Assembly: GCA_030390025.1 (NCBI GenBank)
Contig: CM059453.1
Coordinates: 7,006,001-7,070,000, forward strand
Reading direction: 5' to 3'
From: Squalus acanthias
Taxonomy: Eukaryota
Length of the DNA: 64,000 nucleotides
Below are positions 24,126-37,264 of this stretch, piece by piece. The notes under the pieces were generated by a model, which searched no databases, was not told the DNA's origin, and saw only the letters and a list, made by a program, of their open reading frames with translations. Each line of letters opens with the position of its first letter. Position 1 is the stretch's first letter. The position numbers and the translations under genes were made by a program.

Positions 24126-24383
24126 ATTCTACAGAAATCTGTGTGAAGCTGTTCGCTTTGCCAAAGTTATTGTCAGCGACGCACCAATATTCACCGTTAT
24201 AATCAGAACTAATGTTGTGGAATATCTGCTTCAGTTCAACAGTGGAAGACCTGCTGATCTCTTCACCATTTCGGACCAAGATTATGTTGCCCCGTATGGT
24301 CCCCCGGGCCGTGCAGTATAATAATAAAAAGCTCCCTTCCACTGCCGCTATAGAGGAATTGATGTCTGTTTTTTGTGGGCCAT
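24126..24383 (-). CDS. Gene C C2b exon
   Basis: 258 nt, AG/GT intact: GPQKTDINSSIAAVEGSFLLLYCTARG...GEYWCVADNNFGKANSFTQISVE. Confidence 0.88.
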
Positions 24384-24744
24384 CTGGCAGAGATGATGCC
24401 ATTGGTTCTAAATGTGGTTATCAGTGCGGATGAGGAAAATAAAACAATTTAGGTGACTACTAAAGAAGAATATTTTATTAAGGTATGGTGGCTAGCTTGC
24501 AAACTTCAAAATCCAGTTCATGATTTTTATGGCCCAGATCTTAAGCTTATGTCAAACATAAGCATTCTTTACCCTCTTCTCTTAAATGATTTGAAGAATT
24601 GGTATGCTTTCCCACGTAAGATTCTATTCCTCCGGTACATCAACCAAGTGGCCATTCCTCCCACAATACGTACGGTGGTCTTTCCCATCTCTTACACGTG
24701 TTTGCTGAGGGAAATTGTAGAATCCTGACCACTGCCCCAGTTTA

Positions 24745-25405
24745 GTTGCGACACAGGTTAGCAAGGCCAATAAAAAAGCAAACCAAGCTCTCGGGTTTAT
24801 TTCTAGAGGGAAAGAATTGAACAGTAGGGAATTTATGCTAAACCTGTGTCGAACTTCAGTTAGCCCACACTTAGAGTATTGCTTGCAGTTCTGGCCGCCA
24901 TATTACAAAATTATATAGAAGCACTGGAGAAGGCGCAGCGAAGATTTACAAGGATGATATACATATCAGGAGAAGGTGAATTGGCTGGGTCTCATTTCTC
25001 TTGAAAAAAAAGGCTGTGGAGTGAACTAATAGAGGTCTTTAAAATTATGAAAGGTTTTGATAGAGTGGAAACAGAGAGAATGTTTCGACTTGTGGGAAGA
25101 GCATAATTAGAGGACATAAATATAAGATCGTCAGCAAGAAATCCAATAGGGAATTCAGAAGAAACTTCTTTACCCAGAGAGTGGTGAGAATGTGGAACTC
25201 GCTACCACAGGGAGTGGTTGAGGCGAATAGTATAGATGCATTTAAGGGGAGGGTGGACAAGCATATGAGGGAGAAGGGAATAGAGGGTTATGTTGATAGC
25301 TTTAGATGAGGAAAGACGGGAGTTGGGTCGAGTGGAGCATAAACGCCGGCATGGACTGGTTGGGCCGAATGGCCTGTTTCTGTGCAGTATTTCCTATGTA
25401 TGTAA
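24745..25405 (+). mobile_element. CR1 3' end, shared with gene B (46800-47470)
   Basis: Same insertion position in the intron after C2a in B and C. Confidence 0.85.
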
Positions 25406-25694
25406 GTTAGCTCAAACCATGAATGGACTACCCCTGGCCTGTATGTATCAGTTACTCTGTGGCTGAAACGACATTAGACATTGGGAGCCTTTGCAATAAT
25501 ATTTCAGATAAACCACACCACTGGAGTATCCAATATTATTCCATGGGTCTGGGGCAAATGTCAAATAATGTGACTTACAAGAAGCTTCGATTACTTGATT
25601 ATCCAGGCGAGCTATCATTATATTCAGCATACAGACATCTATTGAACCGGTCCATCAACAAGTTGGTTGAATGTTGCTTAGAGCAGGCACTGAC

Positions 25695-26006
25695 ATTTAA
25701 CATCCAGTGTAAGAGTTTCTTGAACAGTAGCCGAGGCACCGTCGACTATAAGTTTACCTCCCAGCTTCTTCCCATGATGGTCCAGTGATGGGCTGAAGTT
25801 GAAAGTGGATGAAACCTTCTGAGAACCCTCCTTACTGTTATCATGTTTTTTTGAAGTTTTAATCTCTGGCAGTAATTGAGGTACGACATTGTCCTTGGTC
25901 CACCTCAATTCAAGGTTGGCGGACGGGCAACTGTGGGTGACTGAGCAGGTCAGATGTGCTGGCTTTCCTGCAATCAATTCCCCAGAGACTGATATCCGTG
26001 GTTTAT
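25695..26006 (-). CDS. Gene C C2a exon (Siglec domain-2 type; F-strand Cys replaced by Gly)
   Basis: 312 nt, open: KPRISVSGELIAGKPAHLTCSVTHSCPSANLELRW...DHHGKKLGGKL...LDVK. Paralogs have KKLGC. Confidence 0.82.
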
Positions 26007-26254
26007 CTGTAAGAAGAAAAGGACATTCGTGTTACCGTACATTTTAATTTAAAAATGGCCAATGGTGTGCAAGGCGATTCAGCCCAAAGTTTTTGAAACA
26101 TGAGCCTACGACATGGGGCCTGTGTGTGATCTGATTGAAGAAATCCCTCCTACGCATTGACCATTTCCTTTGACCTGTCCATTAGAAGTACAAACCTTGA
26201 TTGATTTTTCCACAACCTTGAGGGATTGGATTTTCAAAAACCGATCTTTCCTTT

Positions 26255-26905
26255 TATTCATTCATGGAATGTGAGCGTCGCTGACGAGGCCAGCATTTAT
26301 TGTTAATCCCTAACTGCCCTTGAGAAGGTGTTCTTGAACCGCTGCAGTCCGTCTGGTGAAGGTACTCCCACAGTGCTGTTATGGAGGGAGTTCGCGGATT
26401 TTGACACAGCGACGATGAAGGATCAGCGATATATATCCAAGTCAGGATGGTGTGTGACTTGGAGGGGAACTTGGAAGTGGCGGTGTTCCCATGCGCCTGC
26501 TGCCCTTGTTATTCTAGGTGGAAGATGTCGCAGGTATGGGAGATGCTGCTGAAGAAGCCTTGGCGAGTTGCTGCAGTGCATCTTGTAGATGGTACACACT
26601 GCAGCCACGGTGCGCCGGTGGTGGAGGGAGTGAATGTTTAAGGTGGTGGATGGGGTGCCAATCAAGCGTGCTGCTTTGTCCCGGATTTTGTCGAGCTTCA
26701 TGAGTGTTGTTGAAGCTGCACGCATCCAGGCAAGTGGAGAGTATTCCATCACATTCCTTACTTGTGCCTTGTCGATGGTGGAAAGTCTTTTGGGAGTCAG
26801 GAGTATCTGCTCTGGTGGCCACATTATTTATGTGGCTGGTCCAGTTAAGTTTCTGGTCAATGGTAACCCCCAGGATGTTGATGGTGGGGGATTCGGCGAT
26901 GGCAA
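26255..26905 (-). mobile_element. Non-LTR retrotransposon 3' part (second LINE family)
   Basis: LSTI.KAQVR.VMEYSPLAW...DKAARLIG...IHSLHHRRTVAAVCTIYKMHC. Related pieces at 30750-30925, 35325-35500, 39600-40030, 41380-41645. Confidence 0.75.
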
Positions 26906-27019
26906 TGCAATCTAGCTTTGCACTTACTCACTGAACTTCTGGGGGCTTCTGTAAGTTACTAAGAAGGCCGGCGCCCCATTTCAGTTCAAGACAAAACATA
27001 ACATATACCTGGGCTTTTG

Positions 27020-27608
27020 AAAATGTAACTGGTAGAATAGATAAGGGAGAACCAGTGGTTGTCATCTTCCAAATTGGTTGTCTCTTCCAAATTCTATTAT
27101 GGAACAGTTTCTTCAGATTGGAGGGTGGCAAATGTAACCCCAGTATTTCAAAAAGGAGCGAGAAAGAAAACCGTGAACTACAGACCGGTTAGCCTAACCT
27201 TAGTAGCAGGGGAAATGGTAGAGTATGTGATAACAGGACACTTAGAAAATATCAACGGGATTAGACAAAGTCAACATGGATTTATGAAAGGGAAATCGTG
27301 TTTGGCAAACCTACAGGAGTTTTTTGTGGATTTAACTCGTCGAATAGATAAGGGAGAACTAGTGGATGTGATGTAGTTGGAGTTTCAGAAGGACTTTGAT
27401 AAAGTCCCACATAAGAGGTTATTTTGCAAAATTAAAGCACATGGGATTGGGGGTAATATACTGGCATGGATTGAAAATTGGTTAACAGACAGGAAACAGA
27501 GAGTAGGAATAAATGCGTCTTTTTCGGTGTGGCAGTCGGTGACTATTGGGGTACCGCAGGGGCCCCAGCTATTCACAATATATATCAATGATTTGGATGA
27601 GGGAATAT
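27020..27608 (+). mobile_element. CR1 RT fragment
   Basis: NYRPVSLT, QHGFMKGKSCL.NL, FDKVPH, GVPQG. Confidence 0.85.
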
Positions 27609-27609
27609 T

Positions 27610-27940
27610 TCACACTTCATCGAGAGCCATCCTTTGTTCATTAACCTGTCACATTAACACCTCCTCTTGTCTTGAATATCTCAATGTCTCTCAATCTCTC
27701 CTGCTTTCAATCCTATCACTGACCTTCCCTTTTGTTCTTGCATCCCATTCCCCATTTTCCTGCCCCTAAACCTGCTTTAAAATCTATTCAATTTCCTGCT
27801 TTTTTCCAGTTCTGACGAAAGGTCTCCGACCTGAAACGTTAACTCTGTTTCTCACTCCACGGATGCTGCCTGGCCTGCTGAGTTTTTACAGCGTTTTCTG
27901 TTGTTATTTCCGATTTCCAGCATCTGCAGTATGTTGCTAT
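27610..27940 (+). mobile_element. Penelope-like terminal fragment
   Basis: Same family as 9160-9670; carries a hammerhead-like motif at 27808-27844. Confidence 0.55.
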
Positions 27941-28582
27941 TCTAGAATCCCGATCACCGCTCCAGCTCAATTGCGCCACAGGTTAGCAAGACCATAACTA
28001 AAGCAAACCAAGCACTAGGGTTTATTCCGAGACAGATAGAATTGAAAAGTAGGGCCTGATAATCTACATCCTAGGGTACTTAAGGAAGTGGTCCCAGAAA
28101 CAGTAGCTGCATTGCTGGTCATCTTCCAAAATTCTATAGACTCCGGAACAGTTCCCTTGGAATGGAGGGTAGCTAATGTAACCCCACTATTTAAAAAAGG
28201 TGGTAGAGAGATAACGGGGAATTATAGATCTGTAAGTCTGACATCGGTCGTGGGGAATCCATTCATGGTCTGAGCTAACTTACATACATACATAGTACAT
28301 ACGGCACAGAAACAGATCATTGGGCCCAACCAGTCCATGCCGGCGTTTATGCTCCACTCGAGCCTCCTCCCTTCTTAACCCATCTAAATCTATCAGCGTA
28401 ACCCGCTATTCCCTTCTCCCTCATATGCTTGTCCAGCCTCCCCTTAAATGCATCTATACTATTCGCTTTAACCACTCCCTGGCTGCAAAAAAATCAGACA
28501 TTGGAAGCCTTTGCAATTATTTTTCATATAAACCACATCCCTGGAGTAACAAATATTACTCCATTCGTCTGGGACAAATAGT

Positions 28583-29322
28583 GGCCCAAAAATTAGTCCC
28601 GCGACGCGAGAGTACGCACTGTGTACTCTCGCGTATTCTGTCTCCAAATGCCGGTTTACTGCATGCCCTGCGCATGCGCTGAAAACCGGCACTTTTTGAA
28701 TGGGAAAGGGGGCGGGTCCTCGGTGCACCGCGTGCGCGCTACAGGCTGCGCGCACACTGTGCACTTAGTGCTTTGGACGCGCAGGTAAGTACAGAAGATT
28801 TTAGAAATGAAAAAAGGAGTAAGACCCACTTTTAACAAGGTAAGTAGTGAATTAAGAATTATTTTGAATTTTTTTTAACAGGTATATCTTTTTTAGAGAC
28901 TTTAAAGACAGGTAAATTTATTTTTATAACTTTTTAAAAGTTTTTAAATTTTTTCAAAAATTAAATTTTTTATTTAAAATGGTTAATTTATTTAACTATA
29001 CTTATTTTATTAATGTGAAGGTTTTTTTTTTAATTTAATTGAGGTTTAGCTGTTATTTTGGGGGTGTGTAAGATTCATAGCTTTCACAGCACGTCTGTTA
29101 AACTTATGAATGGAAGATGGTGTGCTGTCATTGGCTCTAACTGAGTCACGTGATCCCACAGCTCGCACGAATTCACTACGCCGGTGGGATACGAAAGCAC
29201 TGCACAGCAGCTGTCCAGAACATGAAGTTCGTGCGAGCTGGAACTGAAAAAGCCAACGCGGAGTGAGAGAGCGCGGGGAAGCCTTACCCCCGCGTCAACA
29301 CTCAGTCTTTAATTTCTGGGCG
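28583..29322 (+). mobile_element. MITE with 3-bp target-site duplication (TSD) AGT
   Basis: caaat-AGT-[GGCCCAAAAATT...AATTTCTGGGCG]-AGT-gtgac. The paralogous empty site caaat-aat-gtgac is at ~25562-25574. Confidence 0.88.
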
Positions 29323-29369
29323 AGTGTGACTTACAAGAAGCTTCGATTATCCAGGCGAGCTATCACTAT

Positions 29370-30115
29370 GGGCCAAAAATTCGGCACTTGCGCTGTGCCC
29401 TCACCTGCAAGGCCTCCCGAAGTGCCGGTTTCCTGCATGCACTGCGCATGCACGGGAAACCGGAACTTCCGGTCTCGTGAAGGGAGGGGGTTAAAAGTGA
29501 AACGCGTGCACGGGAGAGGCCGTGCGCACGCAGCGAACTCAGGTTTTTTTCAGGTTTCTCCTGGAAGGTAATTATGGAAGAAGCTGAGCTTTTAAAAAGG
29601 AGGCGCAGGACCCGTTTTTAACAAGGCAAGGGGTTAATAAATACAATTTAAAAAAGTTTTCAACAGGTTTATCTTTTTCAGATACTTTAAAGAAAGGCAA
29701 GTTTATTTTTAGCACTGTTAAAAAGTATTTTAATTTTTTCAAAAATTTAAATTTTTGTTTAAAGAAGTTAATTTATTTAACTTAAAGTTATTTTAAAAAT
29801 GTGATGTTTTTTTAATTTATTGGAAGTTTAGGTGTTGTTTTGGGCCGATTTCTATTCATAGATTTGACAGGTCTTCCTGTCAAATCTATGACTGAAAGAT
29901 GGTCTGCTGCCATTGTCTCACCTTGCCCCACGTGATCCCAGGGGACACATGGCACTAACTACGCCGCTGGGATACACAAGCACTGCGCGCCAGCAGTTGG
30001 GACAGGCCCAGGAGCTGAAGTCCATGTGGGCCAGGAAGTTAACTGCAGGCGCGGTAGGTAGGTGCGCGTAGGATCATTGCACCCGCGGGAAGCCAGGGTG
30101 CCGAATTTCTGGGCC
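29370..30115 (+). mobile_element. MITE
   Basis: GGGCCAAAAATTCGGCAC...GTGCCGAATTTCTGGGCC; absent from the paralogous intron of gene C. Confidence 0.85.
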
Positions 30116-30183
30116 ACATACAAACATTTATTGAACCAGTTCATCACTAAGTTGGTTGAATGAAGCGTAGAGCAGCCACTTAT

Positions 30184-30495
30184 ATTTAACATCCAGTTTA
30201 AGAGTTTCTTCAACAGTAGCCGAGGCACCGTCGACTATAAGTTTACATCCCAGCTTCTTCCCATGATGGTCCAGTGATGGGCTGAAGTTGAAAGTGGATG
30301 AAACCTTCTGGGAATCATCGAAACTGTTATCATGTTCTTATGAAGTTTTAATCTCTTGCAGAAATGGAGGTACAACATTGTCCTTGGTCCACATCAATTC
30401 ATGGTTGGCGGACGGGCAACTGTGGGTGACTGAGCAGATCAGGTGTGCTGGTTTTCCTGCAATCAATTCCCCCGAGACTGATATCCCTGGTTTAT
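30184..30495 (-). pseudogene. Orphan C2a exon copy D (stop codon and lost donor)
   Basis: 312-nt paralog of 25695-26006; TAA at 30338-30340; donor GT changed to AT. Confidence 0.85.
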
Positions 30496-31609
30496 CTGTA
30501 AGGAGAGAAGAACATTCGTGTTACCGTAGATTTTAATTTAAAAAATGGCCAATGTTGTGCAAGTTGATTTAGCCCAAAGACTTTGAAACATGACCCTATG
30601 ATATGGGGCCTGTAAATGATCTGATTGAAGAAATCACTCCTAAGTATTGACCATGTCCTCTGACCTGTTAATTAGAAGTACAACTCTTGATTTATTTTTC
30701 CACATCCTTGAGGGATTGGATTTTGACACACCGGTCTTTACTTTTATTGAATCATGGAATGTGAGCGTCGCTGACAAGGCCAACATTTATTGCCCATCCC
30801 TAATTACCCTTGAGAAGGTGGTGGTGAGCTACCTTCTTGAACCGCTGCAGTCCGTGTGCTGAAGGTACTCCCACAGTGCTGTTAGGGAGGGAGTTCCATG
30901 ATTTTGACACAGTGACGATGAAAGTTTGGCGAATAGTGTGAGGCCAGAGCAGGGACAAATCGCATCGCATTTCTACAGCATTTTTGCACCTTCCTCCATG
31001 TGTCTTGGTGTCAGTTTGGCTGATTTGCTAGCGCGCACTCTCTGAAGCTGAAGGTTGTGGGTTGCAACCTCACGTCACGATTTGAGGCTTTCAGCTTTCG
31101 CGTGACTCCGGTGTCATACTCTGGGCGCGTCGCATTGTTGGAGGTGCGGCATTTCAGATATACCGAGGCTCTGGCTCCAGCTCGATACTCTCAATGGCAT
31201 GCACTGTGAGAAGGAGAGGACAGACTCTTAATCCCAGGCCCAGGCTGCCTGTTCCAGTGGTTCAGGTGGATGTTAGCATTCCCATGCACTACTGCAAGAA
31301 GAACAGAGATTGCACCACACGTGGTGTTTAGATCTCCTCCAAAGCCAGCAAATTGTGACTGCTTAGCCAATGATCTCATTTGCTGTTTGCAGTCGCTGGT
31401 TGTAAGCAGGTTTACAGTAGCACGTCCATTGTAATGCACTGGGTACAAGGCATTGCTGTCCTGATAATTCGCTGTACGAAAACCTAAAACTATTTTAGAT
31501 GTCTGGTGATTGTTATTTACCATGGGGCTCATCGACACTTGTAATAAGTTATCGGCTCTTGTGATGAGTGCGAATTCGCTGCAACAATTCAAAAAGAAAC
31601 TGGACCAAC

Positions 31610-32057
31610 ATAAGAACATAAGAAACAGGGGCAGGAATAGGCCAATTGGCCCCTCGAGCCTGCTCCGCCATTCAATAAGATCATGGCTGATCTTGGGCTC
31701 AAAGCCACTTCCCCACCCGTTCCCCATAACCCTTCAATCACTTATCTTGCAAAAATCTGTCTATCTCCACCTTAAATGTATTTAATGACCCAGCCTCCAC
31801 AGCTCTCTGGAGCATAGAATTCCACAGATTTACGACCCTCTGAGAGAAGAAATTCCTCCTCATCTCAGTTCTAAAAGGGCGACCCTTTATTCTGAAACTA
31901 TGCCCCCGAGTTCCAGATTTCCCCACGAGGGGTACATCCTCTCTGTATCTGCCTTGTCGAATCCCCTCGATATCATATATGTTTCAATAGGATCACCTCT
32001 CATTCTTCTAAATTCAAATGAGTATAGGCCCAACCTGCTCAACCTTTCTTCATAAGT
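31610..32057 (-). mobile_element. CR1 3' end (duplicate at 36185-36632)
   Basis: TRGHSFRIKGRPFRTEMRRNFFSQRVVNLWNS. Confidence 0.85.
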
Positions 32058-32509
32058 CTAAAAGGACGAATTCCTTAATTGGGCTAATATCAGTGTACAC
32101 TAATCTTAGGTGGGATGCTTGGTGATCTACCTCATGGACACTGTTGTCCCCTTGGAACTCGTTTTGTTAATCTTCGGGGTCGTAGAATAATTTTGCGGAT
32201 TCCTGAATTGGCCGAGTGCTATTTACATATTTTTGCCTCCCGCGAGAGGTTGCATGGTGGTGAGAGGGAATACTGCCGTCATGATGCATTGTTGCGTACT
32301 GACTGTTTTGGATAGACTCATTGGCCAGTCGATTATTTCCTGTTCGTCTTTTCAGACGTCTGTATTTTCCAAAGCTCAGAATGTGTCCCTCTCTGAGTGA
32401 GAACAATGGAAAATGATCAGAGAAGCGAGAAAGAGGGTTATTCTGGTACAGGAAACGCCCTCACGCCATATCTCTTGCTCCCTATCTAACCCATTCCTTT
32501 CTGTTACAG

Positions 32510-32689
32510 AGCCAAGACCAGTACAGAAATATTGCTATCAGATGGTCTACATTCAACAATCATCGCAAAGTCTAGAGGGTCTGCACGCAATCCATGAATG
32601 TTTGAAGTCTTCACAGATATGAAAGATATCTCCAGAAGGAGGAGTCCAGTGAATACACCACGATTAAGTTTAAATCAAATCCAGTTTGA
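32510..32689 (+). pseudogene. Degenerate terminal ITIM exon of another + strand paralog
   Basis: ctgttacag|AGCCAAGACCAG...; frameshifted, ends YLQKEESSEYTTIKFKSNPV*; first ITIM Tyr codon changed to CAC. Confidence 0.75.
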
Positions 32690-33578
32690 TTTAATCCATT
32701 TGGACTGTTGGAGCTCGTCAATATCTCAACACAACTGGTTCATCAGATAGAAAAGAACGTCACATTACAGGGATTGCTGAGAAAATGCGCATATTTCGCA
32801 GATTAATTGTTAACATTTTTCAATTCTGCTTGTTGCTTTTTAAATTTACAATCCCGCACATGTTTTCATTCAAACCACATGTCTGAAATGCTGTGGGCTT
32901 TAAAGGTCAGAGTAACTTTGAAACTGCTTTTGATGTGCTTTAATAGAATAGCAGTCTTCATGAGTAATATTAACAGTGTTTCCATTGCAGAGCTCCCTCT
33001 GTTACATTCATAGACAACCCTGCTGGTCATCGATGAACCTCTCTATCGTCAGCTGGATTAGTTTGTCAGCCTCTGTCAGCCTAGTATAATATACCTTCAC
33101 ATCGCAGTATCAGTTCCCAAGAGTTTCCTTTACAGCACCCGGACTTTTATCAACCTCTTGTCAATTCCAGAAGAGACATTCAGAATCAGGGTACAATGTA
33201 AGCAAAATCATTATAAAGAATGGATCTGGGTATTTTGTCAAGTATTGCTGCTCGCATTAGATTCCGCTCGTTATCAAACTGTACAGAACATAGAACATAA
33301 AAAAATAGGAGCAGGAGCAAACCATTCGGCCCCTCGAGCCTGCTCCGCCATTCAATAAAATCATGGTTGATCTGATCTTGGTCTCAACTCCACTTTCCTT
33401 TCCGCTCCCCGTAATCCTTGACTCCCGATAGGTCAACAATCGATCCATTTCCACCTTAAATATATTCAATGACTCCGCCTCCATAGCTCTCTGGGGAAGA
33501 GAATTTCAAGATTCACGACCTTCTAAGAGAAGAACTTCCTCCTCATCTCAGTTTTAAATGTGCGACCCCTTATTCTGA

Positions 33579-34690
33579 ATTTTATTAATGTGAAGGTTTT
33601 TTTTTAAATTTAATTGAGGTTTAGCTGTTATTTTGGGGGTGTGTAAGATTCATAGCTTTCACAGCACGTCTGTTAAACTTATGAATGGAAGATGGTGTGC
33701 TGTCATTGGCTCTAACTGAGTCACGTGATCCCACAGCTCGCACGAATTCACTACGCCGGTGGGATACGAAAGCACTGCACAGCAGCTGTCCAGAACATGA
33801 AGTTCGTGCGAGCTGGAACTGAAAAAGCCAACGCGGAGTGAGAGAGCGCGGGGAAGCCTTACCCCCGCGTCAACACTCAGTCTTTAATTTCTGGGCCAGT
33901 GTGACTTACAAGAAGCTTCGATTATCCAGGCGAGCTATCACTATGGGCCAAAAATTCGGCACTTGCGCTGTGCCCTCACCTGCAAGGCCTCCCGAAGTGC
34001 CGGTTTCCTGCATGCACTGCGCATGCACGGGAAACCGGAACTTCCGGTCTCGTGAATGGAGGGGGTTAAAAGTGAAACGCGTGCACGGGAGAGGCCGTGC
34101 GCACACAGCGAACTCAGGTTTTTTTCAGGTTTCTCCTGGAAGGTAATTATGGAAGAAGCTGAGCTTTTAAAAAGGAGGCGCAGGACCCGTTTTTAACAAG
34201 GCAAGGGGTTAATAAATACAATTTAAAAAAGTTTTCAACAGGTTTATCTTTTTCAGATACTTTAAAGAAAGGCAAGTTTATTTTTAGCACTGTTAAAAAG
34301 TATTTTAATTTTTTCAAAAATTTAAATTTTTGTTTAAAGAAGTTAATTTATTTAACTTAAAGTTATTTTAAAAATGTGATGTTTTTTTAATTTATTGGAA
34401 GTTTAGGTGTTGTTTTGGGCCGATTTCTATTCATAGATTTGACAGGTCTTCCTGTCAAATCTATGACTGAAAGATGGTCTGCTGCCATTGTCTCACCTTG
34501 CCCCACGTGATCCCAGGGGACACATGGCACTAACTACGCCGCTGGGATACACAAGCACTGCGCGCCAGCAGTTGGGACAGGCCCAGGAGCTGAAGTCCAT
34601 GTGGGCCAGGAAGTTAACTGCAGGCGCGGTAGGTAGGTGCGCGTAGGATCATTGCACCCGCGGGAAGCCAGGGTGCCGAATTTCTGGGCC
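33579..34690 (+). mobile_element. Duplicated MITEs (right half 33579-33897; full copy 33945-34690)
   Basis: Copies generated by the 4575-bp duplication. Confidence 0.85.
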
Positions 34691-34758
34691 ACATACAAAC
34701 ATTTATTGAACCAGTTCATCACTAAGTTGGTTGAATGAAGCGTAGAGCAGCCACTTAT

Positions 34759-35070
34759 ATTTAACATCCAGTTTAAGAGTTTCTTCAACAGTAGCCGAGG
34801 CACCGTCGACTATAAGTTTACATCCCAGCTTCTTCCCATGATGGTCCAGTGATGGGCTGAAGTTGAAAGTGGATGAAACCTTCTGGGAATCATCGAAACT
34901 GTTATCATGTTCTTATGAAGTTTTAATCTCTTGCAGAAATGGAGGTACAACATTGTCCTTGGTCCACATCAATTCATGGTTGGCGGACGGGCAACTGTGG
35001 GTGACTGAGCAGATCAGGTGTGCTGGTTTTCCTGCAATCAATTCCCCCGAGACTGATATCCCTGGTTTAT
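34759..35070 (-). pseudogene. Orphan C2a exon copy D' (tandem duplicate of D)
   Basis: Same lesions at offset +4575 (TAA 34913-34915). Confidence 0.85.
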
Positions 35071-37084
35071 CTGTAAGGAGAGAAGAACATTCGTGTTACC
35101 GTAGATTTTAATTTAAAAAATGGCCAATGTTGTGCAAGTTGATTTAGCCCAAAGACTTTGAAACATGACCCTATGATATGGGGCCTGTAAATGATCTGAT
35201 TGAAGAAATCACTCCTAAGTATTGACCATGTCCTCTGACCTGTTAATTAGAAGTACAACTCTTGATTTATTTTTCCACATCCTTGAGGGATTGGATTTTG
35301 ACACACCGGTCTTTACTTTTATTGAATCATGGAATGTGAGCGTCGCTGACAAGGCCAACATTTATTGCCCATCCCTAATTACCCTTGAGAAGGTGGTGGT
35401 GAGCTACCTTCTTGAACCGCTGCAGTCCGTGTGCTGAAGGTACTCCCACAGTGCTGTTAGGGAGGGAGTTCCATGATTTTGACACAGTGACGATGAAAGT
35501 TTGGCGAATAGTGTGAGGCCAGAGCAGGGACAAATCGCATCGCATTTCTACAGCATTTTTGCACCTTCCTCCATGTGTCTTGGTGTCAGTTTGGCTGATT
35601 TGCTAGCGCGCACTCTCTGAAGCTGAAGGTTGTGGGTTGCAACCTCACGTCACGATTTGAGGCTTTCAGCTTTCGCGTGACTCCGGTGTCATACTCTGGG
35701 CGCGTCGCATTGTTGGAGGTGCGGCATTTCAGATATACCGAGGCTCTGGCTCCAGCTCGATACTCTCAATGGCATGCACTGTGAGAAGGAGAGGACAGAC
35801 TCTTAATCCCAGGCCCAGGCTGCCTGTTCCAGTGGTTCAGGTGGATGTTAGCATTCCCATGCACTACTGCAAGAAGAACAGAGATTGCACCACACGTGGT
35901 GTTTAGATCTCCTCCAAAGCCAGCAAATTGTGACTGCTTAGCCAATGATCTCATTTGCTGTTTGCAGTCGCTGGTTGTAAGCAGGTTTACAGTAGCACGT
36001 CCATTGTAATGCACTGGGTACAAGGCATTGCTGTCCTGATAATTCGCTGTACGAAAACCTAAAACTATTTTAGATGTCTGGTGATTGTTATTTACCATGG
36101 GGCTCATCGACACTTGTAATAAGTTATCGGCTCTTGTGATGAGTGCGAATTCGCTGCAACAATTCAAAAAGAAACTGGACCAACATAAGAACATAAGAAA
36201 CAGGGGCAGGAATAGGCCAATTGGCCCCTCGAGCCTGCTCCGCCATTCAATAAGATCATGGCTGATCTTGGGCTCAAAGCCACTTCCCCACCCGTTCCCC
36301 ATAACCCTTCAATCACTTATCTTGCAAAAATCTGTCTATCTCCACCTTAAATGTATTTAATGACCCAGCCTCCACAGCTCTCTGGAGCAGAGAATTCCAC
36401 AGATTTACGACCCTCTGAGAGAAGAAATTCCTCCTCATCTCAGTTCTAAAAGGGCGACCCTTTATTCTGAAACTATGCCCCCGAGTTCCAGATTTCCCCA
36501 CGAGGGGTACATCCTCTCTGTATCTGCCTTGTCGAATCCCCTCGATATCATATATGTTTCAATAGGATCACCTCTCATTCTTCTAAATTCAAATGAGTAT
36601 AGGCCCAACCTGCTCAACCTTTCTTCATAAGTCTAAAAGGACGAATTCCTTAATTGGGCTAATATCAGTGTACACTAATCTTAGGTGGGATGCTTGGTGA
36701 TCTACCTCATGGACACTGTTGTCCCCTTGGAACTCGTTTTGTTAATCTTCGGGGTCGTAGAATAATTTTGCGGATTCCTGAATTGGCCGAGTGCTATTTA
36801 CATATTTTTGCCTCCCGCGAGAGGTTGCATGGTGGTGAGAGGGAATACTGCCGTCATGATGCATTGTTGCGTACTGACTGTTTTGGATAGACTCATTGGC
36901 CAGTCGATTATTTCCTGTTCGTCTTTTCAGACGTCTGTATTTTCCAAAGCTCAGAATGTGTCCCTCTCTGAGTGAGAACAATGGAAAATGATCAGAGAAG
37001 CGAGAAAGAGGGTTATTCTGGTACAGGAAACGCCCTCACGCCATATCTCTTGCTCCCTATCTAACCCATTCCTTTCTGTTACAG

Positions 37085-37264
37085 AGCCAAGACCAGTACA
37101 GAAATATTGCTATCAGATGGTCTACATTAAACAATCATCGCAAAGTCTAGAGGGTCTGCACGCAATCCATGAATGTTTGAAGTCTTCACAGATATGAAAG
37201 ATATCTCCAGAAGGAGGAGTCCAGTGAATACACCACGATTAAGTTTAAATCAAATCCAGTTTGA
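37085..37264 (+). pseudogene. Duplicate of the degenerate terminal ITIM exon
   Basis: Copy of 32510-32689 at offset +4575. Confidence 0.75.

Noticed and set aside
31191-31727. 178-aa ORF, also at 35766-36302
   Set aside because: Begins in a CR1 3' UTR, has no recognisable domain, and is repeated only because of the tandem duplication.
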